Source of the DNA: an uncultured Spirochaetota bacterium
Lineage (GTDB): Bacteria > Spirochaetota > Spirochaetia > SZUA-6 > Fen-1364
Direction of reading: 5' to 3'
Length of the DNA: 64,000 bases
Assembly: GCA_963820525.1 (NCBI GenBank)
Contig: CAWGAA010000002.1
Span: forward strand, 416,001-480,000
Every line of letters starts with the position of its first letter. Position 1 is the first letter of the stretch. Both the position numbers and the translations under genes were made by a program. This document shows, piece by piece, positions 1-9,100 of the stretch. A model generated the notes under the pieces. The model saw only the letters and a program-made list of their open reading frames with translations, had not been told where the DNA came from and did no database searches.

Positions 1-1
1 C

Positions 2-466
2 GCGCGGGGAAACCGCTGGAGCCCGTCGTACGAGGAATCGCGGGACCCCTATTTCGGCCTCGATTGGTCGCGCAATCTTGCCCGCATGCTCCAGTCCGCG
101 CGGACGGGAGAGCCCCTCCCTCCGCCCGAGTTTGCCGATGTCAGGGACGTCGAGAGGTTTCCCTACGTCGAGGATGTCGGCTACCCGATAGAGAACCTCA
201 CCGCTATTTTTTACATCCTTGCCCGGCGCGACCCCGGTGTCATCTACCTCGGATCCCTCAACCGCGAGGCCGGAGACGGGGCCCCGGTCCGCCAGCACCA
301 CCACCTCGCCGTTTTCTTTCCCTACATCGATGGGAGCTCACGACTGCGGATCGTGGTCATGGAAAGGAACCTGGAGACCAGCGTTGCATCCCTCCAGAGG
401 AGATTTCCCAGGGACTCGGTTCACCTGGTGCGGATCGACACTGAAGGCGAGTTCAGCCTGCCCTAG
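2..466 (+). CDS. Hypothetical protein, 5' end outside the window
   Basis: The frame of ORF 86..466 is open back to position 2 (ARGNRWSPSYEESRDPYFGLDWSRNLARMLQS...), with host-like codon usage and stop TAG at 464-466. Confidence 0.7.
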   Translation, partial: ARGNRWSPSYEESRDPYFGLDWSRNLARMLQSARTGEPLPPPEFADVRDVERFPYVEDVGYPIENLTAIFYILARRDPGVIYLGSLNREAGDGAPVRQHHHLAVFFPYIDGSSRLRIVVMERNLETSVASLQRRFPRDSVHLVRIDTEGEFSLP

Positions 467-492
467 TGGTTCGCCGAAGCGAACCACTAGGG
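461..492. repeat. Perfect 14-bp inverted repeat (hairpin)
   Basis: CCCTAGTGGTTCGC-cgaa-GCGAACCACTAGGG; overlaps the upstream stop codon and has no U-tract. Confidence 0.8.
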
Positions 493-608
493 GCTCCACG
501 CCGGCAGCCCTAGGCCGGCAGCGGCGCGGCTGCGCCGCGCCCCCTATCCAAGCGGTTTAGCGAGCTGCACGAGGGGAATATAACAAACGGCGAAACTGCT
601 CCAGCGTG

Positions 609-637
609 TTGAATAACCTGTCCCTCGGGGGTATGAT
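609..637 (+). promoter_or_regulatory. Sigma70-type promoter for the TPR operon
   Basis: TTGAAT-17 nt-TATGAT, 10 nt upstream of ATG 648. Confidence 0.6.
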
Positions 638-647
638 CTAAATCGGC

Positions 648-3535
648 ATGCATCGTTTTGCTCTCCTGTTTCTTCTGGCCGGCGCCGTGTCCGTCTGGTC
701 GGCCACTTCCGAAGTCGAGCTGTTCTCCGAGGCCGAAAGCCGATACCTTGGCGGCAACTACCCGGCCGCGCTTGAAGCGTACGACGATTTCCTTCATCAA
801 TACCCTCTGTCGGACCTCGCCGCCGATGCGCAGTACAGGAAGGCAGTCTGTCTCTATCGCCTCCAGAGGTATTCTGATTCCTCTGCTCTTCTCCACGAGA
901 TTGACACGAGGTACCGCTCCACCCGGTATCTCGACTACGTGCCCTTCTGGCAGGGCCTCGCTTCCTACAGGCTGAAGAGCTATTCGCTGGGAGTGGAGAG
1001 CCTCAACGCATTCCTCGCCCGCGCGAAGGACCCGAGCTCACGCCCCAGGCGCTGCTGTACAAGGCGCTCTGTCTGGTCGAGCTGAAGGACGAACCCGGGG
1101 CGGCAGACGCGCTTCGAGCCCTTGTGAAGGACTACCGGGGTTCCAGCGTGTTTCCCTATGCCGCGGCCGTTTTCGCGACGCTCCTGACGCGGCAGAAAGC
1201 GTTCGATGAGCTTCTCCAGTTCACCTCCAGCATCGATCCATCCGCCTTCCCCCAGAACTGGAAGGAGCAGTTCCTGCTCTCCCGCGCCGAGGGGCTCCGG
1301 GAGGCGGGGAGAATGGATGAGGCCCTCCCCCTGTACAAGACGCTCACCGGCGGCGGAAATGACGTGGCGCTCACCGCGTATCGCAGGCTGTTCGACGCCG
1401 CGGAGCGAAAGGCGGACCTAGCCGGGATGCAGGCTCTCACCCAGGCCGCGGATGCGCGATTCGGAGCGGCCCCCGAGGTTCTGGCGGATCTCTGGGCGAG
1501 GGTGGGGGCGGAGAGCTTCCGAAAGGGAGACCTCGATGACGCGCGCCGTTTCCTGACCAAGGTGTGGGACCTCCGTGGTACGCGGGCCCCTGTCGAGGCG
1601 GTTCCTCTCTACCTCGCGGAGATATCCCTGGCGTCGAAAGACGCTGCAGGAGCCCGTTCGATCCTTGAGCAGTATCTTGCCTCGCCGGCGGGCGCCGGAT
1701 CCGCCGCCGCCGTCATGAGGCTGGGGGACATCGCCCTGCAGACGGGAGACCTGGCGGGCGCGGCGGGGTACTACTCGCGTTTCATCCAGACCTTCCCCGA
1801 ATCTCCGCGGCTCGCAGAGGCGGGGTACCTCCTAGCCTACGTAAAGTACCGGCAGGGGAGCCTCGATGATTCCTTCGCCCTCGTCTCACGCTTCCTGGCG
1901 GGCCCCTCGGCCGGCCAGTATCGAAAGGACCTCCTGCGCCTCCGGATCGTCCTGTTGAAGAAGAACAAGAATTACCGCGAAGCTGCCGCGTCCCTTTCGG
2001 ACTACGTGGGGCAGTTTCCTGACGACGTGCGCTCGCGCATCGACCTTCTCAAGACTCTCTTCCTGGTGGGGGATTATCCCCGGATCGTCCAGGAGGCCGA
2101 CGCCCTTTTCGCCCGGGTCCCCGGGATCGCCTCCTCGGACCCCTATGCCTACCTTCTCGCTTCCTATCTGCGGGGGCTCAGCCTCATCGCGAAGAAGGAA
2201 TACAGGGGCGCGATACCGAACCTCGAAGCCATCCGCAGGGATCAGGCGGAGAAAGCGGGCCTCGCCGGCATCGTGCCCTACGCCGGCTACTACCTCGGCT
2301 GGGCCTATGTAAAGAGCGGCAGCTTCGATCTGGCGGCCAAGAACCTCGATGCCCTGGTGACCGCGTACCCGGGAAGCGAGATCGTCTCAAAGACGCAGTT
2401 TCTCGCCGGATGGAGCCATTTCAGCCTCGGGGAGTTCGACCGCGCTGCGGATGCATTCTCCCGCGTCGCCAAGAAGGAGGTGAACACGGATCTGGGGCAG
2501 AGAAGCCTCTACCTCGGCGCCAACAGCCTCTTCAACGCGAAGAAGCTGGCCGAGGCGTCCTCCGCCTTCCAGGCCATCATCCGCGCATCGCCTCCCTCAC
2601 CCTACGCCGACAGAGCGATGTTCGACTATGCCGGCGTGCTTTCAGCGCAGGGCGCAACGGCAAAGGCCGCGGACACATACCGCTCGCTGGCGGAAACCTA
2701 TCCTTCGAGCCCGCTCGCCGAAGAGGCGGTCTACAAACGGGCTGAGACGTACTACGCCGGAGCGAAGTACGCCGAGGCCAGGTCAGCGTTCTCCGACTAC
2801 CGCTCGAGGTTCCCCAAGGGAAAGCTCATCGACGGGGCGCTGTACTGGGGCGGGGAGGCGGCCGCGGGCGCCGGAGAGAAGTTCGGCGCCGTCCTCTTGT
2901 GGGGGGAGCTCATCCAGGGATACAAGGACAGCTCCTTTCGGGCCGTCGCCATCCGCAAGAGCGCGGAGGTCTACGTCGAGTCGAGGGATTTCGCCTCCGC
3001 CCTCCGTCTCTATACCCAGCTCGTGACGGAATATCCCGCGGACGCCCGCGCGGCCAAGGCGGATATCATCGCCGAGCAGCTCCACTACCAGATCCTGGGG
3101 TTGGGGGATCGGGAAGCGGAGCTCACTACCCGAATCTCGCGGGAAAGCGGGCAGGCAAAGACCGACGCCACGCTGGAGCTCGCCCGCCTCTACATCCTGA
3201 GCGGAGAGAAGAAGGTCGAGCAGGGCTACCAGATGCTCCAGCCCATCATCGCGGGAAGCGACCCCGCCGCCGCGTCCAGGGCTCAGTACCTTGCGGGGGA
3301 GTATTTCTATCGCAAGGGCGACCTCGGGGAGGCGAGCAAGCGCTTTCTCGCGGCGGCCGCCAAGGGCGCATCGGATTCCGATTTCTCGGCTTCCTCGATC
3401 TACCGCGCCGCCGAGATGATGAAGCTGGCCGGCAGGCAGGATGACGTTCAGGCGCTGGCCAAGAGGCTGGCCGACAACTTTCCCGCCTCTCCGTGGACGG
3501 CGAAGGCCCGCAAGCTCATGGAGGCGGATCGATGA
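648..3535 (+). CDS. Large exported tetratricopeptide-repeat protein (~962 aa), split by a one-base frameshift near 1031-1033
   Basis: Signal peptide followed by BamD/CpoB-like TPR units (YPLSDLAADAQYRKA, FPESPRLAEAGY, YPSSPLAEEAVY). Adding one C to GACCC at 1029-1033 joins ORFs 648..1085 and 1124..3535 through DPELTPQALLYKALCLVELK, itself a TPR helix. Confidence 0.85.
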
Positions 3536-5145
3536 AAAGGCTCTCAATTCTCGCGGCTCTCCTCCGGCTGGCGATCGCCGCCTTCCCGCAGGCCCAGGGA
3601 AAAGACCTTGGTCCGACAGAGCCCGATATCGTCCTGCCGCAGGTCATCCTGGAGATCGAAGACTTGAGCGTGGAGAACGTGGAGGCAAAGCTTCCCCCCG
3701 ACGAGGAGCTTCTCCCTTCCCGGCGGGAAATTCCCCTTCCCGCCGAAGGAGAGATCCCGGTGATCGAGCCTTCCGTCGCCATCGCCTCCACTGCCGGGGA
3801 GCCGCCTGCGCCGGCGCCGGCGGGCCCGTCGATCGCCACGGAGGCGCTGGTGGGCGCGGGCCTGGAGAACACGATCCTGGGCACATTGTCCGTGAAGACC
3901 CTGGGACGGGATCCACGCCTCTCGCTGTCTTTCTCTCATGAGGCCGTGGACGGTTTTTCAGGACATGCCGCGGGCTCCGGGTTCGACTCGCGCACGGACA
4001 ATCTCTCGGGAGAGCTGGCGATGAAGCTCGCTTTTCTGGATACGGACCTGCAGGGGAGCTTCAATGAGGATGCGCGCGGGCTCCAACGCCAGGGGACATA
4101 CATCGGCAGGCTCTCGCGCCGGGTCGATGGAAGCGCCGATTTCACCGCCAGGCCGCTGGATTGGCTTACCCTTGACGGGAAAATCAAAGCAGGCACCGAC
4201 TCGCTCACCCTCACCGGATCCACTCCGCTTCCGGTGAGCGAGTACCGCCTGGCTCCCTCTCTCGGCGGTGAGGCGCGCTTCTCGTGGTTTCGCCTGGGTC
4301 TCTCCGGAGACTACAGCTACCGCATGGCGGACTTCGGGCCGGCAGGGTCCCAGGAAGTCCAGCGTGTGCGCACCGGCCTCACCCTCGGGTTCGAGCTTCC
4401 TGCTTCGATGCTCCTTGAAGGCTCCGTCGCCTGGTTTTGGAACACGTCCGGGGCGAGCCTTTTCCCGTTCGAGCTGCGCTTCTCGGGCACTCCTTTCGGT
4501 TTTCTCACCTTCGGCTTCGGCGCGGGCTACAAGGTGGTTCCCTACGATGCCGGCGGCGTGCTTTCAGAGTATCGCTGGGTTCTGCCGGAGCCATTGCGGG
4601 ACGACAGCGGCTGGTTCGCCGACTCGAATCTCAAGCTCTCTCTGGCAAAGGACCTCATCCTGAGCGGCACGCTTTCGTTCATGTCGAGCCGGGAGATGCT
4701 CGACACGTCGGACTCCACGCTGGCGCAGGATCCTGCCACGGGGCTCTTCCTCCTCGGCCAGAGGCAGGCGGTGCGGCTGGACTCGGACATCTCGCTGCGG
4801 TGGAACCCGGTGGAAAATGTGACGCTGGGCGCGGGTTGGAAGCGCGCCTTCATCGATCGGCCGGCCTTCGCGGCCCTTGACGAGGCGAGAGTTGAAGGAA
4901 TTGCCATGGAGAAATCCGGGGCTTTCGGGGGCAATTTCCTCGTTGCCCTGCGCACGGGAGTGGCGCCGATCCTGCAGCTTCCCGTCGTGAACGTTGGGGG
5001 ATTCTTCAAGATCTCCGATTCCGTGGAGATCCATCTTGACGCCGAGGACCTCCTGCAGCCGGCCCTCAACGCCCCCCGCTACGATCTGTTTCCGTTCCAG
5101 GACCCTGGATTCCGCGTAATTGCCAAGGCCAGGCTGGCCTTCTGA
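3532..5145 (+). CDS. Putative outer-membrane beta-barrel protein (TonB-dependent-receptor-like, no recognisable plug)
   Basis: ATG 3532 overlaps the TPR stop (ATGA). Signal peptide, Pro/Glu-rich N-terminus, alternating amphipathic strands, C-terminal Phe (AKARLAF). Confidence 0.65.
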   Translation: MKRLSILAALLRLAIAAFPQAQGKDLGPTEPDIVLPQVILEIEDLSVENVEAKLPPDEELLPSRREIPLPAEGEIPVIEPSVAIASTAGEPPAPAPAGPSIATEALVGAGLENTILGTLSVKTLGRDPRLSLSFSHEAVDGFSGHAAGSGFDSRTDNLSGELAMKLAFLDTDLQGSFNEDARGLQRQGTYIGRLSRRVDGSADFTARPLDWLTLDGKIKAGTDSLTLTGSTPLPVSEYRLAPSLGGEARFSWFRLGLSGDYSYRMADFGPAGSQEVQRVRTGLTLGFELPASMLLEGSVAWFWNTSGASLFPFELRFSGTPFGFLTFGFGAGYKVVPYDAGGVLSEYRWVLPEPLRDDSGWFADSNLKLSLAKDLILSGTLSFMSSREMLDTSDSTLAQDPATGLFLLGQRQAVRLDSDISLRWNPVENVTLGAGWKRAFIDRPAFAALDEARVEGIAMEKSGAFGGNFLVALRTGVAPILQLPVVNVGGFFKISDSVEIHLDAEDLLQPALNAPRYDLFPFQDPGFRVIAKARLAF

Positions 5146-5156
5146 GGAATGACACC

Positions 5157-6083
5157 GTGAGCGAAGCGATCGAGAGAGAAGACGGAGCGTGCCGCGCGGA
5201 CGGCGGCGATTCACGCCGCATCCTGGCGGCATCGCTGGCCGCGGTCCTGATCCATGTCGTTCTGGTGGCCATTCCATTGCTCTCCATTATGCAGACCCAG
5301 CTGCCTCAGGCAGGCCCGCTCGTTGTCGACCTGGAGGCATCCTCGATAGTGACTGAGGAGCCTTCGGGGACCGCCGCCGCTCAGCCGCTGACCGTGGCTT
5401 CCGCGCCGGCCGCTCCCGCCGCCTCCGCTTCCTCGGCAAGCGATTTCGCAATCCCGACGCCAAAGGCCCAGTCCGAGGGTGAGGCGGCCGGGACGACGCG
5501 CGGCCCGTCTTTCCGCGAGGAGGGAAACCGTACCGGCTCCTCAGCGCAATCCCCGTCCGCTGCGGCGCCTCCCGGTCCGAAGCCTGATTTCTCGACGCAG
5601 GCACCGGCAGGAGGCGCGCCCTCGGCGCCGCCCGCGAAAGGCCAGGGTGTTCTCGTCCAGGGACAGGGAGCGTCACCCGGAGGATCACTCGACCTCGCCC
5701 CTCTTGACAAGGCGCTCGCCGGCGCAAAGCCGGCTCCCGGCGCGGGACAGCCCGCCGGCCGGCCGGCTTCCCCGGGTGAGCGTACGGGAGAGACGGGGAT
5801 CCGCTGGGACCAGCCGGACGCCGCCCGGAGCAGGAAGCTCCTCACCTCCCCCGAGCCGAAAGTCCCGGCCTGGGTGTACGCCCAAGGGCTCACCCTGACC
5901 GTCACCGTGTCTTTCGTCGTTTCTCCCGAGGGAGTGATAAAAACCGTTACCCTGGACAAGTCCTGCGGGTACGCGGACGTGGATGCCGCGGTGGTGGACG
6001 CGGTCCGCCATTACCGTTTCTCCTCGGATTCTTCCGCCCTTCCCATCCGCGGCGCTCGCTCCTTTATCATCCGCTCCCACTGA
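5157..6083 (+). CDS. TonB-family energy transducer
   Basis: N-terminal TM helix with SxxxxxxxH (ASLAAVLIHVV), Pro/Ala-rich linker, TonB_C-like end (VSFVVSPEGVI..SCGYADVDAAVVDAVRHYRF). Confidence 0.8.
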   Translation: MSEAIEREDGACRADGGDSRRILAASLAAVLIHVVLVAIPLLSIMQTQLPQAGPLVVDLEASSIVTEEPSGTAAAQPLTVASAPAAPAASASSASDFAIPTPKAQSEGEAAGTTRGPSFREEGNRTGSSAQSPSAAAPPGPKPDFSTQAPAGGAPSAPPAKGQGVLVQGQGASPGGSLDLAPLDKALAGAKPAPGAGQPAGRPASPGERTGETGIRWDQPDAARSRKLLTSPEPKVPAWVYAQGLTLTVTVSFVVSPEGVIKTVTLDKSCGYADVDAAVVDAVRHYRFSSDSSALPIRGARSFIIRSH

Positions 6084-6092
6084 TATATCTCG

Positions 6093-6121
6093 TTGACAGC
6101 AGCGAACGCTCGCTGTACTAT
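6093..6121 (+). promoter_or_regulatory. Sigma70-type promoter
   Basis: TTGACA-17 nt-TACTAT, followed by a GGAGG RBS before ATG 6149. Confidence 0.75.
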
Positions 6122-6148
6122 AGATAAAATCTCCTGGGGAGGGGAACA

Positions 6149-9100
6149 ATGTCTGTTTTTTTGCCTGGCGATCTCATAATCCTTGGTATCGTCCTGGTGC
6201 TCCTTCTCGTCTTCCGGGCGCTCGACAGGAACAACCGGTCCCTGGAAAAACTCAAGCGGTTCAGCGACAAGATCATCGAAAACCTGTCTGCCTTCGTGGA
6301 AGAGAAAACGACTCACGTCAAGGAGCTGTCGACGCAGCTTTCGGCGGACCTCCAGAGGGGCGCCGAGCTTCTGGCCGGCGTCCATGCAACGCAGGCGGAC
6401 ATTGCGGCGAGGTCCGAAGGCCTCACCGGAGTCCAGCAGAGGCTGGAAAGCTACGAGCACGCGATAGCCGAGCTCGTAGCGATGTCGGCCCGTGTTGACC
6501 AGAACCTCAAGCGCATCCGCGACGAGGGAGAGTTCGTCGACGGGATGGGAAAACGGATCAAGGACGCGTTCGCGCACATGGCGCAGCTCGAGCGGGAGAT
6601 TCCGACGCTGAGGAATGCCATCCCGGCCGCCGCCAAGCTGGGCGCCGACGCGGCTGCGGCGAGAATCGTCGAGATTGAAAAGCGCATTGCAGCCCTCCAG
6701 GGGGAGGTCGCGTCAGCCGCCAGGCAGGGAACTGACGCGGCTGCGGCGAGAATCGTCGAGCTTGAAAAGCGCATTGCAGCGCTTCAGGGGGAGGTCGCTT
6801 CAGCCGCCCGGCAGGGCACAGACGCGGTCTCGGCCGAGCTTTCCCGCATAGAAAAGCAGATCCCCGTCCTGGAGGAGAAGCTCACCAAGACGAACCGCGA
6901 AAGGGCCGCGGTGGTGTCCAGCCATATTGTGCAGCTGGAGAAGCAGATCCCGGCCATCAAGGGTGAGATCGGCGCTGCTGTCAAGAAAGAGGCTGAAGCG
7001 GCGGCGGCGAGGATAGCCGAGCTTGAAAAGCGGGTCTCAGGCGCCAAGAGTGAGATCGCCGCTCTGATCAAGCAGGGCGCTGAGGCCGCGTCGGCGAGGA
7101 TAGTCGCGCTTGAAAAGCGGGTCTCGGGCGCCCAGAACCAAATCGTGTCGCTTTCAAAGCAGGGCGCCGCCTCCTTCGCGGCGCACATCGAGCGAATGGA
7201 GAAGGAGATCCCCGCCCTGGAGGAGAAGCTTGCCAAGGAAAGCCGCGAGAGGCTGGCGGCGGTCTCATCCCAGATCGCGCAGCTGGAGAAACAGATTCCC
7301 GCTATCAAGGGGGAGATCAGCGGTGCGGCAAAGCAGAGCGTGGAGGCAGTCAGCGCCCGCGTCGCCGAGCTTGCCAAGCAGGTTCCCGTGATCCAGGAGC
7401 AGTTCCAGGCGGCGAGCCGCGCGAGCATGGAGAAGCTTTCATCGGAGATCGCACAAGCCGTCCAGAAGACATCGGCCGAGCTCGCTCAGCTGGAGAGCCG
7501 GCTTCCCGCCCTCGAGCAGGAGATGATCCAGGAGGGCAGGCAGCGCATGGACGAGATGGCCGAGGCCGGCCGCGAAAGGGTCGATGAGACCGCGTCGCGT
7601 ATCGCGGAGCTGGAGAAGCACATTCCCGCGCTTGAGGGGGAAATCGAGGAGGCCGCCCGGTTGGGCGTGGAGGCCGCGGCCGCCCGAATCACGGAGCTTT
7701 CAAAGCAGATCCCGGCTATTCAGCAGCACCTCCAGGAGGCAAGCCGCGCCAGCCTTGAAAAAATAACCGCAGAGATGGACAAGAGGATCCAGGCGGTTTC
7801 CTCCGAGCTCGCGCAGATGGAACAGCGAATTCCGCAGATCGAGCGGGAGATGGCCCAGGCCGGCGAGAAGCGGGCGATCGAAATCGCCGAGGCCGGCCGC
7901 GGACGCGTGGAAGAGATCGCGCAGGCGGCCAGCCAGCGCACGGAGGAGATTGCACGGTCGGGCCGGGAGCGGGCCGAAGAGATCGCCGCGCGGATAGCCG
8001 GCATCGAGAAGCGGATTCCCCAGCTCGAAGAGGAGATGGAGAAAGCGGCCCAGCAGGGCGGGCAGGCGGTTTCCGCGCGCGTTGCCGAGCTTGCGCGGCA
8101 GGTGCCGGTCATCCAGGAGCAATTCCAGGCGGCAAGCCGCGCCAGCATGGACAAGATCACCGTCGAGCTTCGGCAGCAGATGGACAAGGTATCGACCGAG
8201 CTTTCGCAGATAGAGGAGCGGCTGCCGCTTTTGGAGCGGGAAACAGCAGAGCGAGGCGAAAAGCGGCTGGACGAGATCGCCGGGGCGGGCCGGGCGCGCG
8301 CGGAAGAGATGGCGGAGGCCAACCGCGCCCGCGCGCTTGAAATCGCGGCCCGCATCGCGGACATGGAGAAGCGAATTCCCGAGCTGGGAGAGGAGATGGA
8401 GAAAGCGGCCCAGCAGGGCGGGCAGGCGGTTGCCGCGCGCGTCGCCGAGCTTGCCCGGCAGGTGCCGATCATCCAGGAGCAGCTCCAGACCGTCGGCCGC
8501 ACCGGCATGGAGAAGATCTCTGCGGAGCTCAAGGGGCACATGGACAAGGTCTCCGCGGATCTCGCCCGGATGGAGGAGCGGATTCCGCTTCTCGAAGGGG
8601 AGATGCTTCGGGAGAGCAGTGAGCGTCTGGAACAGATCTCCGAGGCAGGTCTGGCGCGGGCCGATGAGCTCGGCGCGCGCCTCGCGGAGATCGAGAAGCG
8701 CGTTCCCGAGCTGGAAGGGGAGATGGAGAAAGCCGTCAAGCAGGCCGGACAGGCCGTCACGGCCCGGGTGGCCGGGCTGCTGGAGCAGATCCCCGCGCTC
8801 AGGAAAGAAATACAGGAAACGGGCAGCAAGAGCCTCGAGGAGATCAAGTCCCAGATCGCGAAAATGGAAAAGGACATCCCCATCGTAGAGGAGAAGTTCG
8901 CCGCGGGAAGCAGGAAGCGGATGGACGCCATTGCCGCCCGGGTGACGGAGATGGAGAAGCTCGTCCCCTCCGTGAAGGCGGAGATCGCGGCCGCGGCCAA
9001 GAAGGGCGCGGAGGCCGCCGGCTCCCAGATCGGGCGGCTGGAGAAGGAGATCTCCGGCATCCAGGAGAAGTTCAAGGCCGCCAACCAGAAGAGCCTCGAA

